The translations under genes and the position numbers were made by a program. Shown here piece after piece: positions 29,236 through 39,451 of a stretch of 64,000 bases of DNA (its first letter is position 1; each line of letters starts with the position of its first letter). The notes under the pieces are model-generated. The model ran no database searches and was not told where the DNA came from. It worked only from the letters and a program-made list of their open reading frames with translations. Source of the stretch: Thermoproteota archaeon (GTDB lineage: Archaea; Korarchaeota; Korarchaeia; Korarchaeales; Korarchaeaceae); assembly GCA_026986575.1 (NCBI GenBank), contig JALSOH010000004.1, positions 576,001-640,000 on the forward strand, given 5' to 3'.

Positions 29236-30006
29236 TCAGCAGAGAGGACTGTCTGCCTCCTTCCCATGCCACCTCACTAGGGGTCCCCCCTTGGACACCA
29301 TGGGACCTCCCCTCACCCTCTCCGGATAAGTGAAGACTTTCAACTCCCTAGTGAAGTCTTTCGAGATGAGGGTTATCCCCATCTGATCCGCTGATGCCGC
29401 TCCACTAACTAGAACGTGCCTCATGCTAGCAACGATCCTTATCCCCGTCAGAGACAGGAGCTTTATGATGTCCCCCGATATCCTCCCGGTGCTTATCATA
29501 ACTGGTGTAAGCTCCCTAAGATCGTCACTACGTTTCATTATCCAGCCAGCAATCTTCATTGCAGCGGTGTGCCTACTTATATCGACGAGCAGCACCTTCT
29601 GAGCTACGGAGGACCCCTTCAGGGCGTATAGCCCAGTGACGTGAAAGGCGAAGGGGCATATGCTCTTGGGAACGGATTTGGATATATCGGACATAAGGCT
29701 CAGGATCGTGCTCCATTCGACCGGCTCGTCCTTCCATCTAGGGGGGCTCAACTCCCCCTCGTCAGTGATCCTCAGCAGATACTCCAGGTCGCTCAGTCTT
29801 ATTTCCTCCACCCCGACATCCCTTGTGATCCCCTTCATCAGCAAGTAACCTATTGCGGCCTCCTCGATCATATTCGGGCTAGCGAAGAAGCTCCCTACCT
29901 TTCGGCCATCCACCCACTCCACCTCATACCTGAAGTCGGCAGCCATCTGCGTACCTCTCCAGCGGACGACGGACCTTTCACACACTTTCCTCAGTTCATC
30001 TTGCAT
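29236..30006 (-). CDS. fdhD: FdhD-family sulfurtransferase, divergent
   Basis: ASP..IEEAAIGYL, DISRH, STGRISG, GITLI, VFTYPERV. Confidence 0.75.
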   Translation of the reverse strand: MQDELRKVCERSVVRWRGTQMAADFRYEVEWVDGRKVGSFFASPNMIEEAAIGYLLMKGITRDVGVEEIRLSDLEYLLRITDEGELSPPRWKDEPVEWSTILSLMSDISKSVPKSICPFAFHVTGLYALKGSSVAQKVLLVDISRHTAAMKIAGWIMKRSDDLRELTPVMISTGRISGDIIKLLSLTGIRIVASMRHVLVSGAASADQMGITLISKDFTRELKVFTYPERVRGGPMVSKGGPLVRWHGKEADSPLC

Positions 30007-30047
30007 TTAGGAGACACCCTTGGTGCTCAATATTAAGTGCATGCACT

Positions 30048-30407
30048 CTAGATGAGCCCTAACTCCTCAACCACCTTAACAGCTAGATTGCATTTTTCCC
30101 TGAACTCCTGCTCACTCACAGTATGAGTGGCAGGACAGTACCCATCCAGTATGCACTTCCCAGCGTCGAGATCGTAGATCACGGGATAGGCCCTGCACCC
30201 TAGAGGCCTGTGCTCGTAGACGGAACACATTCCGTTCTTTAGGAAGTAGCACTTACCATCAACGTTCTTGAGCCTGATGAACCCCCCTCTAAGCTCGGAG
30301 AAATCCTCTCTTCTATATCCTAGGGACTCAAGTCTCCTTATGTCGCTTTCGGTGAGGATCATCTCGGTCTCAAGGCAGCAGAGGTGGCATCCCTCAGGAC
30401 ATATCAT
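30048..30407 (-). CDS. YkgJ-family Cys-cluster (Fe/Zn) protein
   Basis: CPEGCHLCC, CYFL...CSVYEHRPLGCRAYP. Confidence 0.87.
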   Translation of the reverse strand: MICPEGCHLCCLETEMILTESDIRRLESLGYRREDFSELRGGFIRLKNVDGKCYFLKNGMCSVYEHRPLGCRAYPVIYDLDAGKCILDGYCPATHTVSEQEFREKCNLAVKVVEELGLI

Positions 30408-30441
30408 CAGGGTTATATCGGTCTCTCCATTAAAATTCCGT

Positions 30442-31800
30442 ATGGATCTGGAGGGTGCGATATCCCTTGGTCTCGATGAAGGGGCGGACTTCATTGAGGT
30501 CAGGGAAGAGAGGACCTACATGACCATGATCAGGATGATCGATGGAGTGGTGAGGGAGCTGACCAGGGGAAGGGAATTCAGAATAAGTGTCAGGGCCCTT
30601 TACAAGGGAGGATGGGGGTTCGGCATAGCTAACTCCCCTAATGAGATAGCTGACGCGGTTAGAGATGCAGTAAGCCTAGCTAAACTCTCCTCCAAGTGGG
30701 CGGAACCTATAGAAGTGAATTGGCCCTCCTTCGAGGGAAGTTACGATGTTAAAGGAAGGAAGCCCGCGTGGCAGACTCCAATAGAGGATAAGATAAGGAT
30801 AGTTGAGGAGCAGGATCGACTCGCCAAATCCGTGGAGAAGGTGACCAACAGGAACATAGTAATGGGAGATACACTAAGGGAGACCAGAGTGATCAACTCC
30901 TTAGGAACTGACATCAGGCAGACACTACCTAGGGTCAGGCTGGCCGCCTATATATTCGCTCACGAGGCGGGAGTGACGGAAAGCGCGTTTGAATCGAGGG
31001 GAGGAATAGGGGGACTGGAGGTGATTGAGGGGACCGAGATCGCGGAGGAGGCAGCCAAAAGGGCCGTGGAAGCTCTATCGGCCAAACCAGCCCCTCCTGG
31101 ATCCCATCCAGCTATACTGGATCCGAAATTAGCTGGAGTTTTCATCCATGAGGCCTTCGGTCACGCGGCCGAGGGAGACGCGGTAGTTAACAATGAGAGC
31201 ATCCTCACTGGGAAGCTGGGTGAAAAGGTGGGCTCTGAGGTGGTCAGCGTCGTCGACGATCCAACCATAGAGGGGTTATACGGGTTTTACAGGTACGACG
31301 ATGAGGGCACCGAGTCCAGGCGCAAGTACATAGTTAAGGAGGGCATACTCTCCGGCTACATGACCAACTTGGAGACCGCTTCCAAACTAGGGCTCGAACC
31401 TACCGGAAACGCCCGTTCGATGGATTACAGCAATCCACCGATCGTGAGGATGTCTAACACGTTCATAGACAGGGGAGATTGGACGTTCGAGGAGATGGTG
31501 TCCGAGATGAAGCATGGAATATACGCATTCGGGTCCCTTTACGGATACACCGACCCGGCTAAGGGACAGTTCATGTTCAAGGCCGAGGGAGGATGGCTGA
31601 TAGAGAACGGGGAGCTCAAGCAGAGGTTGAGAGAGGTGGCTATAACTGGTATGACCCTCGAGGTCCTGAATAACATGGATGCGGTCGGGAAGGACTTATC
31701 TCACGATCCTGGGATGTGTGGGAAGATGGGCCAGTGGGTTCCCGTAACTACCGGAGCACCACATGTGAGGGTGAGCAAGCTGGTGTTCGGGGGGAGGTAA
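30442..31800 (+). CDS. tldD: TldD metalloprotease subunit
   Basis: HEAFGHAAEGD, YDDEG, TGNAR, RMSNT, CGKMGQWVPV. Confidence 0.94.
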   Translation: MDLEGAISLGLDEGADFIEVREERTYMTMIRMIDGVVRELTRGREFRISVRALYKGGWGFGIANSPNEIADAVRDAVSLAKLSSKWAEPIEVNWPSFEGSYDVKGRKPAWQTPIEDKIRIVEEQDRLAKSVEKVTNRNIVMGDTLRETRVINSLGTDIRQTLPRVRLAAYIFAHEAGVTESAFESRGGIGGLEVIEGTEIAEEAAKRAVEALSAKPAPPGSHPAILDPKLAGVFIHEAFGHAAEGDAVVNNESILTGKLGEKVGSEVVSVVDDPTIEGLYGFYRYDDEGTESRRKYIVKEGILSGYMTNLETASKLGLEPTGNARSMDYSNPPIVRMSNTFIDRGDWTFEEMVSEMKHGIYAFGSLYGYTDPAKGQFMFKAEGGWLIENGELKQRLREVAITGMTLEVLNNMDAVGKDLSHDPGMCGKMGQWVPVTTGAPHVRVSKLVFGGR

Positions 31801-31801
31801 G

Positions 31802-33121
31802 ATGCTGAGGGAAGAAGCAGTTAAGGCAGCTCTTTCCTCCGGAGCTGAGGAGGCGGAGGCTTTCGAACTCTTTACCCGTGAGATCTCCATACATGTGGAG
31901 AAGGGGAAGGTCAAGACGGCCAGTTCCGTCAGGATGGTTGGTCTAGGGGTGAGGGCAGCCATAGGGCAAAAGCTGGGCTTTGCATTCGCCACAAACCCTA
32001 GCTCAGGCGGGGAGGTTGGGAGGGAGGCGGCTGAGAACTCCAAGGCGGCTCCAGAGGATCCAGATTTCAGAGGACTGCCCGATGCCAGAAAGGTGGACTA
32101 CATCAGCGAACTCATGGATCCAAAGCTCAGGGACTTGGATTTGAACGACGCCGCTGACCTGTTCCTAGCGGCTGTGGAGTCTGCCCGTCTCTCGGACAAG
32201 GTGATCTCAGTCTCCGGCAAGCTGGAGGTGTCCTACTCCAAGGTTGCAGTATTAAGCTCCAAAGGGGTCGATGTCGCCGAGGAGAGGACGTATCTGACCG
32301 CTTACATCGAAGCGGCGAGCAAGGACGGTGATAGGAGGGGATCAGGCTTCGGTTTCGCCGATGGTAGGAGGTTGGATATGTTCGATCCCGAGAAGGTGGG
32401 TAGAGAGGCTGGAGATCTGGCCATCAGGACCTTAGATGCCACCACCATAGGGGTGGAGGAGCTACCAGTGGTATTCCAGCCAAAGGCCCAGTTCACCCTG
32501 ATCCCCTTCTTGGTGGGCCAGGCGGCCAACGCCGAGAACATGCAATACGGCAGGAGCTTCCTGACCAACAGGATAGGAGATCAGATAGCTAGGGAGGAGA
32601 TAAGCATAGTCGACGACGGGCGCATTCCATGGCTCCCCGGCAGCTCAAGCTTCGACGCGGAGGGTATCCCCACCAGGAAGACTTACGTCATTGAAAATGG
32701 TGTCTTCAAGTCACCGATACACAACTGGTACACAGCTATGAAGGAGGGCGTGGAGAGCACGGGCAACGCCTCCAGGGACCACACTAGGCCGCCGGCGATC
32801 TCATCCCACACGGTCAGTATCGAGGCCCCGGCCCTGCAGATGAAGAAGGATGAGTTGCTCGACGTAAAGAGAGGGGTGCTGGTGGTCTATACAATGGACA
32901 CTCCCAACCTGTCCACCGGGGAGTTCAGCGGGATGGCGGAGACGGCCTTCCTCATAGAGAACGGAGAGGTGACCAAGTCACTGAGGCAGACCAGCATGGG
33001 CTTCAGGGTCGAGGACTTCCTGAAGACCATGGATGCTGTCGGTGATGATGTGGAGACTTTGATGGGATTCAAGGGTGGCTCCGTCAGGGTGAGGATTAAG
33101 GTAGCGGGTCCGGGTGCCTGA
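31802..33121 (+). CDS. pmbA: PmbA/TldE subunit
   Basis: FDAEG, STGNA, TGEFSG, no HExxH; follows tldD. Confidence 0.9.
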   Translation: MLREEAVKAALSSGAEEAEAFELFTREISIHVEKGKVKTASSVRMVGLGVRAAIGQKLGFAFATNPSSGGEVGREAAENSKAAPEDPDFRGLPDARKVDYISELMDPKLRDLDLNDAADLFLAAVESARLSDKVISVSGKLEVSYSKVAVLSSKGVDVAEERTYLTAYIEAASKDGDRRGSGFGFADGRRLDMFDPEKVGREAGDLAIRTLDATTIGVEELPVVFQPKAQFTLIPFLVGQAANAENMQYGRSFLTNRIGDQIAREEISIVDDGRIPWLPGSSSFDAEGIPTRKTYVIENGVFKSPIHNWYTAMKEGVESTGNASRDHTRPPAISSHTVSIEAPALQMKKDELLDVKRGVLVVYTMDTPNLSTGEFSGMAETAFLIENGEVTKSLRQTSMGFRVEDFLKTMDAVGDDVETLMGFKGGSVRVRIKVAGPGA

Positions 33122-34638
33122 TGATTCTAGTGGTGAACTTCGGTGGGCAGTACGCCCACCTCATAACCCGTAGGATAAGGGACATAGGCGTCTACGCCGA
33201 GATAATTCCCTACACGGAGATCTCACCATCCACCATAGAGGAGAAGAAACCAAAAGCCCTCATTCTGTCGGGAGGTCCCAGCAGCGTTTACGAGCCTTCA
33301 GCTCCCAAGATAGGGAGCTGGATCTTGGAGATGGATATTCCGGTCTTAGGGATATGCTACGGGTTCCAGCTGATAGCCCACATGATGGGGGGCGAGGTGA
33401 GGCGCTCCAAGGGCGAGTACGGCCCCACCAAGGTGAAGGTGCTGGAAAGGGAGGGGCTGTTCGCTGGCTGGGGAGAGGAGGAGCTCGTCTGGATGAGCCA
33501 CTCCGATCACATTGCTAGGGTTCCTGAGGGATTCGTGGTGACCGCATTATCCGAAAATGGGTATGTGGCGGCCTTCAGGCACGAGGAAAAGCCCATATAC
33601 GGCGTCCAGTTTCATCCGGAGGTCAAACACACTCCCAAAGGTAAACTCCTCCTCGAGAACTTCGCGGCAATGTCGAGAGCCGAGAAGAACTGGAGCCCCG
33701 AGAGGATGGTCCAGCTGATAGATGAATACCTGAGGAGAGAACTAGCTGATTGTAAGAGCATTCTCTCCGCCGTGAGCGGTGGGGTCGACTCCACCGTGGC
33801 CACAGTACTCGTCAGTAGGATAGCTGGGGACCGTCTGACCTCGATATTCGTAAACCACGGGCTTTTACGTAAAGACGAGGAGAAGGAGGTCCTCAACCTA
33901 CTAAGGGGACTTGGAATAAATCCTATATACGTTAACGCCTCTGAAGAATTCCTCTTCGCCTTGAAGGGTGTCGAGGACTGCGAGACGAAGAGGAAGATAA
34001 TCGGGGAGAAGTTCGTGGAGGTCTTCTCTAGGGCGCTTGAGGGTAGGAGATTCGATTGCCTAGTGCAGGGAACCCTCTATCCCGATGTCATAGAGAGCGG
34101 TGGGGAGGTAGGAGCTGATAGGATAAAGAGCCATCACAACGTCGCAGCGCTACCTGAGTGGCTTGAAGCCAAGGTGGTGGAACCCCTGAGGTACCTCTAC
34201 AAGGACGAGGTTCGATCTCTCGCTAGGCACCTCGGATTACCTGATTGGGTTGCTGAAAGACATCCGTTCCCCGGACCGGGCTTGGGTGTACGAATAATCG
34301 GCGAGGTGACCGAGGACAAGTTGAGGATAGTTAGGGAGGCTTCAGCCATAGTGGAGGGTGTCTTGAGGGAGAGGGGGCTCTACTCAAAGGCATGGCAGGC
34401 GTTCGCTGTAGTAGGAGATGATAGGTGGGTTGGGGTGAAGGGAGACGCCAGGGTAGAGGGTTACATCGTCACAGTGAGAATTGTAGAGAGCGAGGACGCG
34501 ATGACCGCGGACTGGCTGAAGTTGCCTCCTGATGTTTTAAACGAGATAGCTAGGAGGATAACCTCGGAGATACCGGAAGTCACCATGGTGACTTACTCGA
34601 TCACTACCAAGCCCCCGAGCACTATAGAACCTTGTTGA
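33121..34638 (+). CDS. guaA: GMP synthase, fused glutaminase and synthetase
   Basis: GICYG, QFHPE, SGGVDS, IKSHHN, HPFPGPGL, KPPSTIE. Confidence 0.97.
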   Translation: MILVVNFGGQYAHLITRRIRDIGVYAEIIPYTEISPSTIEEKKPKALILSGGPSSVYEPSAPKIGSWILEMDIPVLGICYGFQLIAHMMGGEVRRSKGEYGPTKVKVLEREGLFAGWGEEELVWMSHSDHIARVPEGFVVTALSENGYVAAFRHEEKPIYGVQFHPEVKHTPKGKLLLENFAAMSRAEKNWSPERMVQLIDEYLRRELADCKSILSAVSGGVDSTVATVLVSRIAGDRLTSIFVNHGLLRKDEEKEVLNLLRGLGINPIYVNASEEFLFALKGVEDCETKRKIIGEKFVEVFSRALEGRRFDCLVQGTLYPDVIESGGEVGADRIKSHHNVAALPEWLEAKVVEPLRYLYKDEVRSLARHLGLPDWVAERHPFPGPGLGVRIIGEVTEDKLRIVREASAIVEGVLRERGLYSKAWQAFAVVGDDRWVGVKGDARVEGYIVTVRIVESEDAMTADWLKLPPDVLNEIARRITSEIPEVTMVTYSITTKPPSTIEPC

Positions 34639-34681
34639 CCTCCTGAGAAATTTATCTATCTTTCCCACCTTGCTTGGTGGG

Positions 34682-34911
34682 ATGAAGGTGAAGGTAAGAG
34701 TGGATTCCAAGGGGAGGATCCTCCTCCCCAAGGAAGTCAGAGAGGAGCTGGGAGATGTCATTTTGATCGAGAAAACGGATGAAGGGTACATCCTCAAGAG
34801 GGTGAGGGATCCTTCTTAGAAGGGTTCAAAGAGATAATCTCATCGGAGCCTTCACGCGAGGAAAAACCCAGAACTGGCCTCTCTCCAAGATTAAGGGTAT
34901 ATGGGTGAGTG
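34682..34911 (+). pseudogene. AbrB/MazE-type antitoxin (vapB), frameshifted; end approximate
   Basis: MKVKVRVDSKGRILLPKEVREELG stops at 34819; plausible continuation (GFKEIISSEP, NWPLSKIKGIW) in other frames. Confidence 0.75.
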
Positions 34912-35367
34912 ATCGTTGGTCTTGATTCTAGCATCCTCTGCTATTCCCTAGATCCTGCATATCCCGAGTATAGGTTCGTTAAGGACCTGCTGCTGAACCT
35001 CTCTCCAGATAACCTAGTAGCTGTGAACACCCCACGGTGATTCACGAGGCGTACCATGCCTTGGTCTCTGGTCAGAATGGGTTCCAAGAGGGGCCTCTAG
35101 GAGGCTCGGACTACTACCAAAGCACCCATATGTGAAATTTCTGGATCAAGCAAAGGAAATTACATCAATAGGTTCGAGGATAGCTGTCGAGTACGGACTG
35201 GGGGGGAGGGACTCGCTCATTCTAGCCAATTTTATTTTCAATCCAATCATATACCTTCATTTTACACGCATGACTCAGAAATCCTCTCTCTGAGGAAGGT
35301 AAATTGGAAGGGATGGACGCTGACACCCTCGGATCCAGTAACACTCGGAGATCAGGCGTTGCAATAA
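34909..35367 (+). pseudogene. PIN-domain toxin (vapC) with multiple frameshifts
   Basis: IVGLDSSILCY, TVIHEAYH, GGRDSLILAN and FYTHDSEI fragments lie in different frames. Confidence 0.8.
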
Positions 35368-35486
35368 ACTGAATGAGCCGGATTGGCGATAGAGCGCTTC
35401 ACATCTCTGAAATATCTTTTTAAGTTCCATTAGAGGGAACCTCAAAATCTTCCAACGAATTCCTGATGCTCAATGGAGGTGATCAA

Positions 35487-37535
35487 GTGGAGGTCGTAGA
35501 GCTCGTCCCCTCCATTATAGGCATAGTGGGGATGGTCTTCGTCGCTTTGATCTACTACCTAGTCACGAAAGAGGATCCAGGAACCCCTGAGATGGTCGCT
35601 ATAGCTTCCTACATACAGGAGGGCGCCAATGCATACCTGAAGAGGCAGTTCTACACGATAATAGTGTTCATCGTGATAATAGCGGCCATTCTGGGAATTT
35701 TGCAGGGAGCAATACCCGCGGCCTCGTTCATAGCTGGAGCGGTGCTCTCTCTTATAGCCGCTTACATCGGAATGAACGCCGCTGTTAGGGCTAACGTGAG
35801 GACCACGAATGCAGCAAGGACCTCTCCCAAGAAAGCGCTGAAGATAGCCTTCTGGGGCGGCTCAATCATGGGACTATCCGTGGTGAGCCTGAGCGTCCTT
35901 GGAATAGGTCTCCTCTACTTGGCGATAAGGGCCTTCTTTCCCACCGCAGCTCCCGAGCAGCTGGAGGCTGCCCTCCACACGATAGTCCCCTTCGGCATGG
36001 GAGCAAGCCTGGCCGCCCTGTTCGCGCAATTAGGGGGAGGTATCTACACCAAGGCCGCCGACATCGCAGCCGACTTGGTGGGCAAGGTAGAGGCCGGGAT
36101 TCCGGAGGACGATCCTAGGAACCCAGCCGTCATCGCTGACCAGGTAGGTGACAACGTGGGAGACTGCGCCGGCAGAGGCGCGGATCTCTTCGAGTCCTTC
36201 TCAGACAACATAATCGGCATGATGATTTTGGGCGTGGCCTTTTACGCCCTATACGGGTTCAAGGGGATAATGTTCCCCCTGCTGGCCGAATCCTTGGGGG
36301 TCATCTCCACCATAGTTGCCATATTCCTCATCAGAGAGAACGTGAAGAATCCGATAACGGCTATAAACTTCTCCCTACTCGTGGCCGGCGTGCTGAACTT
36401 CCTTTTCTTCTACGTACTGGCCGTGAACTATCTGGGCAGGATAGAGGTATTCTACGCGGCGGTACTAGGGCTGGTAGCTAGCTTGGTGGTGGGCGTACTG
36501 ATCCAGTACTACACGGGAACCGGATACAGGCCGGTCAAATACATAGCGGAGTCTGCCAAGTTCGGTCCGGCCTTGGACGTGATAGCAGGGCTCGCCGTCG
36601 GGCTGGAGAGCGCATTCCTACCCCTTATAGTGATAGGCGCCGTGGTGTCCTTGGCCTTCGTAATAGATGGGCTATACGGTATAGCAGCAGCCACTGCCGG
36701 CATACTCTCCACCACCGGGATAATAATGGCGGCTGACACCTTCGGGCCCATCTCTGATAACGCTGCGGGAATAGCCGAGATGTCGGGTCTAAGCAAGGAG
36801 GTGAGAGAGGGATTGGATCTGCTGGACGCCGTCGGTAACACGACCAAGGCCATAACCAAGGGATACGCGATGGCCTGTGCCCTCCTCTCCGCGTTCGTAC
36901 TATTTGCCGCCTATCTAACGGCTGCCGGACTCAAGACGTATCTCTTCCACGATAAGGTGATAAACGCAGCTCAGACCGGCGTAGAACTCGCGGATCCCCT
37001 TATACTGGTTGGCGTGATCCTTGGATCCACGCTGGCCTACCTCTTCTCTGCGCTTGCAATGCAGGCCGTCGGTAAGACTGCTAACAAGATGGTCGATGAG
37101 GTAAGGAGGCAGTTCAGGGAGATACCCGGCTTACTGGAGGGTAAGGCTAAACCAGATTACGCCAGGGCCGTGGACATATCCACCAAACACGCGTTGAAGG
37201 AGATGATCTTCCCGACGCTGATAACATTCCTAGCACCCATAGTAATAGGCCTCCTCTTCGGAAGGAAGCCGCTGGGTTCCTTCGTCGTTGGAGCGACGAT
37301 AGCAGGTGGGCTCCTAGCGATCTTCATGATAAACGCCGGAGGCGCCTTGGACAACGCTAAGAAGCTGATAGAATCCGGCTTATTCGGGGGAAAGGGATCT
37401 GACGCTCACAAAGCTGCTGTGGTCGGGGACACCGTGGGTGATCCGCTCAAGGATACCGCCGGACCATCCTTGCACATATTCGTCAAGTTGGTCACGATAG
37501 TCGCTCTGACGTTCGTGGCCTTCTTCCCACCATGA
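35487..37535 (+). CDS. hppA: Membrane-bound H+-translocating pyrophosphatase, K+-independent type
   Basis: GGGIYTKAAD, DLVGKVEAGIPEDDPRNP, GDNVGD, GNTTKA (Lys form), GDPLKDTAGP. Confidence 0.96.
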   Translation: MEVVELVPSIIGIVGMVFVALIYYLVTKEDPGTPEMVAIASYIQEGANAYLKRQFYTIIVFIVIIAAILGILQGAIPAASFIAGAVLSLIAAYIGMNAAVRANVRTTNAARTSPKKALKIAFWGGSIMGLSVVSLSVLGIGLLYLAIRAFFPTAAPEQLEAALHTIVPFGMGASLAALFAQLGGGIYTKAADIAADLVGKVEAGIPEDDPRNPAVIADQVGDNVGDCAGRGADLFESFSDNIIGMMILGVAFYALYGFKGIMFPLLAESLGVISTIVAIFLIRENVKNPITAINFSLLVAGVLNFLFFYVLAVNYLGRIEVFYAAVLGLVASLVVGVLIQYYTGTGYRPVKYIAESAKFGPALDVIAGLAVGLESAFLPLIVIGAVVSLAFVIDGLYGIAAATAGILSTTGIIMAADTFGPISDNAAGIAEMSGLSKEVREGLDLLDAVGNTTKAITKGYAMACALLSAFVLFAAYLTAAGLKTYLFHDKVINAAQTGVELADPLILVGVILGSTLAYLFSALAMQAVGKTANKMVDEVRRQFREIPGLLEGKAKPDYARAVDISTKHALKEMIFPTLITFLAPIVIGLLFGRKPLGSFVVGATIAGGLLAIFMINAGGALDNAKKLIESGLFGGKGSDAHKAAVVGDTVGDPLKDTAGPSLHIFVKLVTIVALTFVAFFPP

Positions 37536-37666
37536 GCTTTTTCTACCTCCTTCTCATCTTTTCAGAATCTCCCGCCCTTTCCTAAGTGAACTAGTACTGA
37601 CTGGCTAGTGCAAAAATGAGGGAGCCCCTTGACTCCCCTTCGCATGGGATCGGTCGGAACGGGCCC

Positions 37667-37990
37667 TCACTCTACCTCTATCTGTTCCTCCGGTATACCC
37701 CACTTCTCCTTCAGTAGCTTGGCCACCTTGTACCTATGGTCTCCCTGCAACAACACGTATCCATCCTTGTACGTGCCACCACACGCCAGTATACGCTTCA
37801 TTTCCTTCAAGAACGATTTCATGGTTTCCTTCGAGAACGGTAGGTTCTCGATTATGGTGACATCCCTTCCTCTCCTTCTCTCGGTTCTTATCCTCACGGG
37901 TCTGAGTTCCTTCTCGACTTCCTCCCAAGAGAAAAGCTCGATCGGGAGGCCAGTTACCGGATCCCTCAATCTCTCGTCGAACGCAACCAT
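37667..37990 (-). CDS. Translation initiation factor SUI1/aIF1
   Basis: VTIIE, LACGGTYK, LQGDHR. Confidence 0.92.
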   Translation of the reverse strand: MVAFDERLRDPVTGLPIELFSWEEVEKELRPVRIRTERRRGRDVTIIENLPFSKETMKSFLKEMKRILACGGTYKDGYVLLQGDHRYKVAKLLKEKWGIPEEQIEVE

Positions 37991-38072
37991 TCCAAGCTAT
38001 TCCGTCGCTGGGTGATATATAAAAACATATGGTCGGGATGAGAAGGTCCCCTCTGATCCGAGAATGGTCGAA

Positions 38073-38489
38073 TCAGAAGAGACCAACTATGTTGCTGGCG
38101 GAATCCATCCACCACTTGTTATACTCATCCCTCTTCTTCTCTAACTCCTCATCCGAGTAGAAGGCGAACCTCACATCGTCAGGTGACCTGAAGATCTCTA
38201 GGGTCTTGAGTACCTCTACATCCCAGACCAGCCCGATGACTTGGGTCTTGAGCCAGTCGAGGGGGTTCTCCCCTTGGGGGGCGAGCTTGGAGGGCCAGTC
38301 CACCCTCCCCTTGAACTTGAGGTGGTATCTCCCATTCTCAATCTTCAGCCCCTCAACCTTGAATCCGTCTAAATCCAATCTTCCCTCCTTTACTTCCTCT
38401 ATAGATGCACCTAGTCTCCCCAGAAAGGACCTCAGCTGATCTTCGTCCTTGAATACGAGTTCCCCTTCCACTTCAACTTCAGAACTCAT
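38073..38489 (-). CDS. Hypothetical protein
   Basis: ORF with typical codon usage; no motif recognised. Confidence 0.6.
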   Translation of the reverse strand: MSSEVEVEGELVFKDEDQLRSFLGRLGASIEEVKEGRLDLDGFKVEGLKIENGRYHLKFKGRVDWPSKLAPQGENPLDWLKTQVIGLVWDVEVLKTLEIFRSPDDVRFAFYSDEELEKKRDEYNKWWMDSASNIVGLF

Positions 38490-38539
38490 GCTGATCACAG
38501 CCTAATAGAGGAATAAAAGGTTTGATGATCCCCTAGAAC

Positions 38540-39451
38540 TCATAAGAGGATCCTGAGCAAGCCATCCACGGCGATACCGAGGAAAGCCATACCTTCCACA
38601 GGGCTGGCTGTCTTGTACATTCTCTTAGCTCCCTCTATCGTCGGGTTCTTGGCATATAAGAGGGACCTGTACAGGAGCAGCAAGGTGGAGGGCAGGGAAA
38701 TGATCAGGAAGACTGGACCGAACGGTCCAACTATGGAGAGAGCCAGTTCGCTGGCCATCATGATGACTACGGAGACCACGATGATCTTGGCGGTCCTCTC
38801 CACTCCTACTACTACCGGGAGCATTGGGACCCCAGCTGCCCGGTAATCCTCCACGTGATAGATGGCTATATACCATATGTGCGCTGGGATCCAAGTTATG
38901 GTGATCAGGGCTATGAGTAAAGCTGGAATCTCCAGCACTCCCCTAGCTGCGGCCCAACCAGCAAGTGAAGGGGCGGCACCGGCTACTCCACCGAATACTA
39001 TGGATAGGGGCGTCCTCCTCTTGGTCCAGAGCGTGTACACGATGAGATCGAATACGACTCCCAAGGAGGTGGAGAAGGCCGTCCATGGGTTGATCAGGTA
39101 TGCAACGGCTACTCCAAGTAAGAATAAGAGTATGCCGAAGGACAAAGCTTCGCTCCTGCTGACCCTACCCGCTGGGATTGGTCGCTGCTTGGTCCTCCCC
39201 ATTATGGAGTCTATGTCCGCATCCAAGGCCATGTTCACTGCCGTTGTCCCCGAGATCGATAGGACCATGGCGGCCGTGAGAAGCGTGAGTATATCTAGTC
39301 TGTAGCCCCCAGCACCTATGTAAGTGAATACGGAAGTTAGCAGTAAGAGAAATGTCTGTTTGGGCTTGGTCAGGCATACATAGTCTGAGATCCTGCTGGA
39401 TAGCTTGGATACAGTCCTCGCTTCCATACCGGAGGGTTGAGAAATGCCCAC
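38540..39451 (-). CDS. ctaB: Protoheme IX farnesyltransferase (heme O synthase)
   Basis: LTKPK, DIDSIMGRTKQRPIPAG, YTLWTKRRT, WIPAH, DYRAAGVPMLPV. Confidence 0.92.
   Translation of the reverse strand: MGISQPSGMEARTVSKLSSRISDYVCLTKPKQTFLLLLTSVFTYIGAGGYRLDILTLLTAAMVLSISGTTAVNMALDADIDSIMGRTKQRPIPAGRVSRSEALSFGILLFLLGVAVAYLINPWTAFSTSLGVVFDLIVYTLWTKRRTPLSIVFGGVAGAAPSLAGWAAARGVLEIPALLIALITITWIPAHIWYIAIYHVEDYRAAGVPMLPVVVGVERTAKIIVVSVVIMMASELALSIVGPFGPVFLIISLPSTLLLLYRSLLYAKNPTIEGAKRMYKTASPVEGMAFLGIAVDGLLRILL

Noticed and set aside
37615-37670. GC-rich hairpin between hppA and SUI1 as a possible H/ACA RNA
   Set aside because: No ACA box or K-turn found; more likely terminator-associated
38521-38557. 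TGATGA...CTGA possible C/D RNA
   Set aside because: Too short for two guides, no terminal stem, no target recognised
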